NCBI GenBank assembly: GCA_009103225.1
Contig: RHPI01002615.1
Coordinates: forward strand, 355,857 to 419,856
Source: Chlorokybus atmophyticus
Taxonomy: Eukaryota > Plantae > Mesostigma and Chlorokybus algae
Direction: 5' to 3'
DNA: 64,000 nt
Made by a program: the position numbers and the translations under genes. This document shows, in pieces, positions 55,401 to 64,000 of this stretch; within the stretch, counting starts at the first letter, position 1; every line of letters begins with the position of its first letter. The notes under the pieces are model-generated. The model was not told where the DNA came from. It saw nothing but the letters and a program-made list of their open reading frames with translations, and did no database searches.

Positions 55401-58400
55401 GCACCATGGTGCTGGTGGGACTTCCACTGTAAGTTCTCAGTGCTTGTGCATAAAATTTGCCAAGCCCCTATAAGCAAGTAAGTAGTGGTATCGTTACACA
55501 ATAGGCATTGCTCTAAGCTGGTATGTGTTAATGTGGCTTTCTTACCCTCTCCATTAAGATCACATGCAAGTGTTTGGCTATCAGCGCGCTGCGTGATTTT
55601 ACTTAGTTATGAAAAATATGGACATGATGAGCTGCGTTCTTGACTTGGTCATTGTAAGTAGTTAGGCGGTATAAAGGTTAACATCTGACTGATATTGATA
55701 GCTATTATATCGTACACATTATTGAAGAGTCTGGTGAGCGTTACCCAATGTGCAATATCTCACAATGTATTGTATGTCATTAACATATAAGGTACCAAGT
55801 TGGTACGTACGTATACTATATTGTAAAAGATTGTGATAGAGTATAAGTAAATTTGGCATTACTTTGAACCTGCTTAGCAAGCATCCGTGAGAAATCACCC
55901 TCATATATCATGACTTGTGTAGCCGCTACACAGGTTGTTTCATAATGTGTGTAGTTTGACATGTCGCTATCTATACTGCTTAATTAAAAGAGCGAAAGTT
56001 TTACTGCACAAAGGGAGCAGATAATGTGTGTTGTTTTCGACTCAATGATGTACTATATTAACCTAAATAGACTTCATACGGGAAGGCTGCCCCCCTGCCG
56101 TGTGGATGGCACATATGAACTTGGCACAACCAAAGACTCCTTTCATTTACACCGTACACACTTCCCGTGTGAGTACGTAATTTGTACTAGTACGCATATA
56201 TAAAGCAAACAGATGCAACATAGCGATGCACATTGAAGCAATCAAGCAGTCAAGTCTCGTGCCACATTACAGTTACGTTAAGCATAGCAACCCATTTGGG
56301 GGGGGGCCAGAGCAGCGCTAGACGCTAAGACCTTAGGTATGTAGACAACCACGGGGCAGGGTGGGGTACGGGGAAAGAGTGCAGCAAGGAGCAAAGGTAA
56401 CCACCTGCACAGCAGGCGGGTATGTATGTATGCATGTCTAACAGGGAGGGCTAGGATAGTGTAGCGTGTTAAACAGAAACTAGCAGTGTGTGATAGCCCG
56501 GTGGTGATGCGCATGAGCATGCTTGCATGTTGTTTGCTATGCGCTTGTGTGCGTCATGTGTGCCTACAACTGCCTCGCGCATATTCTGTGCACTCAAGCC
56601 CTCATGGGCCGGATGGTCCATGGTAACGATGCCATCGGATCTTGTGATAACTTATGGTCGATAAGTGCAGTGTGTACGCTACATGAAAGGCGCGGCACAT
56701 GCCCGAATGGCGCCCTTGTCGCGCTGCTGCTCTCACTCTCACTGTCTCTCGCGCGCGAGCTCTCTCACTCGCTCCGTCTCGAGAGCCTCAGAGCAGAGAG
56801 CGAGCGAGCGAGGGAGCGAGACGGATCGGTCTGACATGCATGCTCGCGTACGCGTGTGTGCCAGACCTATCCGTCCAGCTGCAGGTCCAGCTGTACCAGC
56901 AGTGGCTGTGGGGGGCGGCGGTGGTGGAAAACCGTGGGGTTAGCAGAGCTGTGACTGTTATGGTTTGGCTGCCGGTGTAAAGTTCCCTGATGCTGCGCCG
57001 GTGCTGCAGCTGCTAAGCTTAGCCACCAGCCTGCTTTCCTGCCGTTGAGAGACAATCGGGCGCAGCAGCAGCTGTGCTGTGGTTATTGTGGGGACTCGAG
57101 CTTCAGGGGCAATGGGCGGCGGGAGGCACCGACCGACAGCAAATGAAAGCCCGTGAGTTGTTGTTGCCGTTGATAATGTTTGGATCCAAAGCTTGCGCAT
57201 GCCTTGTTGTTGCTTGGTCTGTGCCCGCAGTAGCAGCGACTTGCTGAGCACAGTGCGGCAGGCTGCTTGTCTGTGACTGTCTAGTTGGCTGCATGGTGTG
57301 CAGTCGCAACAGGTGGAGTTCTTGGCAGTTTCACTCTAGTAAATGTGGGCGATCAGGTCCCATGCTTGCATTGCTGCGCACCCTTACGATGAGCTTGAGC
57401 TCATGGCGCCATCACAATAGCGCAGACAGCACGTGCACCCGCGCACGGACACATGTGTGTATACATGCGCACACACTCACACCACAAGCACATGTGCAGG
57501 GCGCCTGCGGCGATAGCGCCAAGCCTGCACCAGCAGCCGCATCAAGTAAGCGTTTGATTGGGTCACGTAGTGTGCCTCACACAACATACTGTGCACTGTG
57601 GTGTATATGCGGTTACATGCCTTTGACGCAGAGCAGCCTGTGCAACCTTGATTCAAGGTCAAGCCTGAGGTTGCAAGAAAACAGTAGCATGTGTACAACA
57701 TCGCATGGGTACAAGCTGTTACTACTACTTTACTCAATCTTAATTGTTTCACAGCACATACCTTCAAAGCAAACTGCTGTGCGCCTCTTTACCACGTCTT
57801 TAGGATACTAGCATGTTGTTGCACGTCTATAGACAGAGAAATTATGTCCAGTTAAGCATGCACATGTCACATGTGGAATTGCATGCATAGCACAGTTAAC
57901 GACATCAGTGTGTGACGTGACACCATGCACAATACCATACGTGGAGGCACACGCAATGGCATGCAAACCTACGTTGAACAGCAACGACAGGACAATGGTG
58001 CAAACGGTGATTACCAACGTCCCTGTGGCGATGCGCGCCGCAGGTCACAAACAGCGGCTTTCAACGAAAGAGACGCTCAGGTTAAACTGCCTGCACCAGC
58101 CGTTACCACCCAAAAGCAGGTACCCAGCGTGGCCATGGGTGTTCAGCCGCTTGTTGCATACAACATCTGTGTGCGTGCAAAATGTCACATACGGTACTAG
58201 AAGCTGTCGACCAAAAGCTTGTGTAGGAGCATGCAAATTTTTGCTGCATGTTGGCCAGCACTGGTGTGACACATTTTGTGTCAGTTGTAGGACCAAAACA
58301 AGGCATCCGGCTCCAAAGTAGCATTGGGCAAGGTGGCGAAACCTTCGTCACATCTAAGCAACAAGGTGTGTACCAGCTATTCAGCATGCATTAACACCTT

Positions 58401-59549
58401 GTACGTGTTAGTTACTGCCCTATAGACGTCTGCCCGTACGGACAATCACGCGCACGATTGCCTGCTGCTATCTGCAGTGCACAGCTAAAGCGTCATAGGA
58501 ATACTGATCTTGTCTGCACGTCAGCCACAACGACACTACAGCTGCACGCCAGCCCGCCCACCGCACTGTCATTCTAACCACTGCTTATTATGACGCCGTG
58601 AATACCTTCAGCTAGCTCTGCCTTGGACAGCGAGGACATGAGCTTCATGCAGCACATCACCCCCAACACCACTGGTGGCACCCCCACTCCCACTCTGACC
58701 CACCTTCCTCTCCACTGTAGTCAAACACGCATGGACCTGCATACACAGCCTGTGTGTGCGATCGATCTCAGACAACGGTTGCGACACACCTTTGCATGAC
58801 GCGATCGCCGTGATGGACGGTCCAGCAGGCCGCCCAGATTTGCATGTGTTGATACATGTATTGACACGAGTATCCACCACGCAGACTGTGTGTTACTACT
58901 TGTGCGCTTGTGCGTGTGTACACGCGCGTACTTGAGTACAAACTGCGCGTGCGCGCAAGCGTACACATACACACATGTGCATACCAACCTTCTTGGCCAT
59001 ATCCTCTCGCGCGTGCGTGTGCACGCGTGTGTCTGCGTGCGTGCATGTGTGTGCGCCTAGGATAAAAATAGGCACACACCACAACTGTGCTCACCCCCAC
59101 CCCCACCAACATAACCACCACCACACCTCTCCCTTTCCCTCGCTCACTTGCCCCGCGTGCAGGCGCGAGCACAGCCAGTCCTAACACAGCAACACGACGC
59201 AGGGTCTCGCCCGCTGCTCGCTGTCCTCGACGCGGACAGATGTGGAGCAGTGCGGGGCCGTCCAACAGACAGCCTGGCACGGGATAGTTGCTGTTGGTGT
59301 CGACGTTGTTGGTGGTGTTGAAAGCAGGGAATGGTACGGATTATTATCCTAGGGTGATACTAATGGGCTTGTATAGATCGACACAACATGGCTTGGCATG
59401 CATGCATGCGTGTGAGTGTGAGTGTGACTTGTACATGCATACACGTGAACGATATTCAAGCGTGCGCCGTTTATTCTTGACCATCATCAGGTCTGTCTAC
59501 AAGCAAGCTACAGAACCAACCGATTTTATTCGTAACGTCTCCTGGTCTC

Positions 59550-61407
59550 CTAGAGTGGTCCCCACTTATCGACTGCCTGTCCGTAGCAGCAGAAGTGCAG
59601 CCACTGATAGAAGGGTTGATGCGCCCCTCCCCCGAACTGGCCCTGCGCCGGGTACCCCTGCTCGGTAGTGAAGCCGGCGTCTCCCGCCCCGGACTTGACG
59701 CTGAACCCGCCGGCCCACACTTGGAGTCCCGTGGACCCTGCCGTCCACCCGTCCGGACAGCCCCCGCCTCTACGCAACACGCAGTGAGAGTGCGTGCCCG
59801 TCTGCAGGAGAGGCGTCAGGTAGCTCGACATGGGCTGCAGCTGCTGGGCCTGCGCATCCAGAACCGCCTGCAGGGCGGGGATTCGGGTGTTGTTTTGTTG
59901 GTCGACATCCTGGCGCAGCTGAGCCAGGTCAGCGGTCACCTGAGCCAGGTTGGCGGCCAGGGACGCGGCCTGGGTGTCGGCGCGGGTGGACAGGGCGTCC
60001 AGGGCGGCGCGCAGGGAGGCGACGGAGGTTTGCAGGATCTCCACCTGGGTGGGCTCGGGGGTGCGGTACAACAGGGCGTGGTAGGTGCCGCCGATGGAGG
60101 TGAAGATGTTGATGTCCACGCGGTCCAGGTTGGGGGTGGCCAGGGCTTTCGGGGTGAGGGCGCAGAACACGCTGTAAGAGACCAGCGGGGAGAGATCCAC
60201 GTGGCTGAAGTTGCGCCTTCGATTGCGAGCGATGGTCTCCCCGAGCAGCTGGCAAGCCGCTGCGCCTGGAGGATACGTCAACAGGCCAGAGATCTCCGCG
60301 GTGGAGTGCGGCCCCGGGGGATCGAAGACGACGTCGAGGGTGAGGCTGTTGCCGCGCATGCCGTTGGTCTGCTGGATGTGCACGCCACCAACGTATAGCT
60401 GCAGGCACGCCACGTAGGCCTGAATTACCTCGGGGGCGACAACCCTGCGCGCATAGGTGCAGATTCAGTATTGCAACCCAATGCGATGTGAGCACACATG
60501 TGCGCACACACACGCTCAAGTCACATGATCACGCACAACGGACTGGTGGTCAAGTGCATACTCGGGTTTGTGGACTGAGTACCAAGCAAATTACTTGGAC
60601 AACACCGTGACCGCACTGTCCTGCCAGGACTCCACAGACGAGCTTCCGCACTGGCTGTGCTGATAAGCGACGACCGACTCCATGTACTGCGTGAACTGTG
60701 TCTCCGTCATCCTCGAGCCACTTGAAGACCCGCCTCCTCCTGCCAAACAGCCACAAGCAGACACATGAGAGGACGCGCGCACATAGCAATCTGCAGCAAA
60801 CAACTTGAACCAAACTTGCAATGTGCTGTGTGCGTATGGCTGCAGTAGCAGAAGCACCCAGCACTCACCGAGACAGACGACACTTAAGACGCAAACGTTG
60901 CCATTGGCGGCATTGGACGACGAAGTACCAGTGGTTGTGCTCGTGTCCAGTAGATACTGCAACAACAACACATGCATGCGTGAGCAAGGGCCGCGCTGAT
61001 ATGGTGTCACAAACACCAATGTCAACACTCGTGCAGCAGGGTGCTTGTAGAGAGCTCACAACTGTTGGCGAATTCGCATGCATAGATACAGCCGCAGTTT
61101 ACCTGTGAGTAGGTGTAGCTCGAGTCGAACTGGCACATGGACGCGTGAAACGAATCGTAGCTGCTTGAGAAGTTCCGCAGCAGGTACGTGTTATAGATGC
61201 CTGCAGAAAGCACTGCGGCGCACGAGCTGCGCACAGAGACAGGGTGTCAATGAGTCAGAAACGTGGTTGCCATGCACATGCACACGCCTCATTGACTTAC
61301 TCTCCCGCTGTCGTTGCATCAGCCGGCAGCGTTCCCCATCCCGCAAGGGTTGCAAGGAGGCAGGTCCATGCCAGCACCACCGAGCAGAAGCGATCAGGCC
61401 TCACCAT
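59550..61407 (-). CDS. Secreted orphan protein: signal peptide, Cys-containing N-terminal domain, coiled coil, small Cys-rich C-terminal domain
   Basis: Phase-consistent exons give MVRPDRFCSVVLAWTCLLATLAGWGTLPADATTAG|DSCAAVLSAGIYNTY..SYTYSQ|YLLDTST..VVCLG|GGGSSSGSRMTETQFTQY..VLSK|VVAPEVIQAYVACLQL...KWGPL*. The last exon is about 900 bp, uninterrupted and GC-rich. Confidence 0.8.
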
Positions 61408-61772
61408 GGCGTCACGTCACTGGCGCCACACAGGTACAACCTAGCATGAAGCTGAGTGCCAAGCAGCAAGCCCATGGATTTGCTTTATACTACTAGGCAG
61501 CTGTACGGCAGCTTGACTTGACTTGACGCCACCGGAGGCGCTCCACACAGATCTCTGTCAGTGATTTCCCTGTGTCGCTGCACACCACAGTACTAGTCTC
61601 CATCGCACGGCTGAGCCTTGCGCCGAACCATCAGGCTAGCGGCGCTGCTGCTGGTCTAGTGTGGCAGCGCGTGGCGCTTGCTTGGGCAGGTCGCTGGTGC
61701 GTGCGCAGAGCCGCAGACTGCTCAGCAAGTGTGCAGCCTTGCCCCGTCGTAGGTGCTCCTCAATGTTCTTCG

Positions 61773-61996
61773 TGCTATCCTATCTTGCATCTTGCTTGGG
61801 CATGCATCGCTCGCACAGTCAATTATGGCACGGTCTCCGTGTTTGCTATCCTATCTGTACTTTGGGCATGCATCGCTCGCGTTGCCGCCTCGCACGGTCT
61901 GGTCCTCGTTGCACGGCGTCGGCATTATCTGCTATCTATGACTGTTGCGGGCATGCATTGCCCGCGTTGCTGCCTCGCCGAGTGTGGCACGGTCTC
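61773..61996. repeat. Three degenerate tandem copies (about 70-85 bp period)
   Basis: The unit TGCTATC..GGGCATGCAT(C/T)GC(T/C)CGC..GCACGGTCT starts at about 61773, 61844 and 61930. Confidence 0.75.
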
Positions 61997-62619
61997 GGCT
62001 TGCCAGGCAGAGACCCGTTGTGTATTCAACACCGGTAAGGCAGCAGCACATGCCTATGTGGCGGTAGACATGTAGGTGTCGCGTAGGTACACGTAGCTCC
62101 GGCCCGCCTGCTTGCCTAGTGCTAGTTTACCACTAGATGTATGCACGGAACCATGGACGCTGACAGCGCAAAAACCGCAGAGGAGATGTGTTGTTATGCT
62201 CACCGCAAGTCGCCAGCCCGCTATAGATGTTATATCTTTTGTCGCTCCCGATCGCTTCTCGCGATGCGCGAGTCGTCCATCGAACGGCGTGACACGTAAC
62301 GCGCGTATTGTGAATTGGGATAGTAACGCGCGATAGTGATGATGTGATAGTGACCGTAGCGTGATAGTTGCGCGTGATGATAGTGACTGCCGTGTTGTGA
62401 TACTATGACGACAGTCACTATCATCTCCACTCAATAGATATTTGCGTGACTAAAAGTCGCTGCATTATTAAGGCACCTTCCCACCTCGCCCATATATCTC
62501 GCGGTCGACAGTGCGCCACGCCTTGCTAATGATTCGACGATAGCCGTCGATGGTAGCAAGCTGTTAAGCGTTCTTGTTAAATAGATGTACGCTATACTAA
62601 AAGTCGCTGCACAATATTG

Positions 62620-63372
62620 CTTTGTACACGATGAACAACATACACTCCTTTTGTTTCAAACAATCATCCTACCAGTCCAACTTTGGCAAGAACACCTAAG
62701 CCCCACGATCATGCGCGTTCATCGTTATAAGTATGGTCTACGTGATGAACGACTGTGAATGCATTGAACATTTGGGATGTACCAACAGTGGCTAGCAATG
62801 ATGCGAAATGCCGTCGATATGACATCAATATCGCACGGTCAGCAGTATGCTGCCGACGTCACCCGGATCTTACTCAGATGAGACGAATGCATATAGGTTC
62901 ACGATCCGCTTGTCTAGTTCCTGAGCATAAGAATGCAGTTCGAAGCGCAATCGAGACGAGGCGGATAGTTCTTGTGGAGCGCGGCGACGCATTAGGGTGG
63001 GGCGGGAAGGGCGAACTTTCGGGCATCGCTAGCAGCGTCACCAGCAACGCCGCCGCTGAGGTGACGGCCGTAACAACCTCTGTTGCTTGACACGTGTGTG
63101 TCAAGCAACAGAGGCAAACCCCAACTTAAGTTATATATGTTAATCACTTACTAATCAATTTGTTAAACGAAACTCGCCGGCCAATAGTTGGAGCCGACGA
63201 GTAATGCCCATTACTACTTTGTACACGATGAACGATTTACATTCCTTTTGTTTCAAACAATCATCCTACCTACAGTCCAACTTTGGCAAGAACACCTAAG
63301 CCCCACGATCATGCGCGTTCAACGTTATAAGTATGGTTTACGTGATGAACAATTGTGAATGCATTGAACATT
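62620..63372 (+). repeat. About 150-bp near-identical direct repeat pair (62620-62772 and 63217-63372)
   Basis: CTTTGTACACGATGAAC...CAATCATCCTAC..AGTCCAACTTTGGCAAGAACACCTAAGCCCCACGATCATGCGCGTTCA...GTGAATGCATTGAACATT is present twice with few substitutions or indels. Confidence 0.9.
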
Positions 63373-64000
63373 CTACCTCCCTCTCCTGAGCATATATCAG
63401 TAGTGAAGAGTTGTAGGTGTAGAGCCTGGTGTATTTGCATTGCCAAAGTTGCAAATCAAGACAATTATGTTTGATTATTTAATAGTATTTGATCCTTGCG
63501 CTGATTGTTGTGTGCAATTGTCTGACCGTGTGTGTGATTGCTGTGCAGATGGACTTCGCACAGCGCTTTCAACATACCGCTGATACCCAACGCACCCCAC
63601 ACGCGACTGTGCGTCCGCAGCAAGTCACCAGCTGTAATGTACGAGAGGGAGCAGTAGCAGCGCTTTGGAAAGTGGAGCGCATCAGCCCGTGAAGCTGTAT
63701 CTGATGGCACTTGCGACCAACGCAATCGCGTCTGGCAAGAGTTTGCCAACTACCTGCAACATCTTGAGCTCAACATTGCCATCGCCAATGTCACCCCAGC
63801 TGTCACATGGAAAAGTCAGCGCAAACCATAGGTGGTCACAACCGTTGTGACCACCAAGTCACGTGTAACAGTCAAGGCCAAATTTTGTGATTTTCATGGC
63901 CATTTTAGGCCTTAATTGTAAGGTACATGTTTTTTATGACTTGTGGCGGATATCGGCGAGTTCTGAGTCTGCCGCGGATATCGACCGGGGCCCCAAGACC

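Noticed and set aside
59595-60398. 267-aa plus-strand ORF
   Set aside because: It is the antisense of the GC-rich last exon of the secreted protein; the minus frame has the coherent domain structure and splice context.

Overview
This is eukaryotic, intron-rich nuclear DNA. Plant-type proteins, several plastid transit peptides and an outer-arm dynein light chain point to a flagellate-stage green alga, possibly a basal streptophyte (inference). The six-frame ORF track is mostly intron noise, so genes were assembled by hand from exon peptides and GT/GC-AG junctions; exon edges are manual estimates. About 15 genes are supported: adenosine kinase, an orphan with three RPA32-binding-like motifs, a Gly-rich TGD5/AS8-like membrane protein, a P2B Ca2+-ATPase, THOC1/HPR1, dynein LC4, a coiled-coil protein with a C-terminal TM, BioF, a class I glutamine amidotransferase-like protein, aldose 1-epimerase, a beta-propeller-BTB protein, a fibrillin-domain protein, a DnaJ-like zinc-finger protein, a fructosamine kinase and a secreted coiled-coil/Cys-domain orphan. 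Non-coding features are a cluster of TA-flanked MITE-like elements (5.0-6.1 kb), a repeat mosaic (61.7-63.4 kb), pervasive purine-pyrimidine alternating tracts and one N gap. No rRNA, tRNA or CRISPR array was found. The strongest leads are the amidotransferase fold with an apparent Ser-His-Asp triad, the triple-RBM orphan, the secreted orphan with an apextrin-like tip, and organelle-targeting-like N-termini on the Ca2+ pump and the fibrillin.
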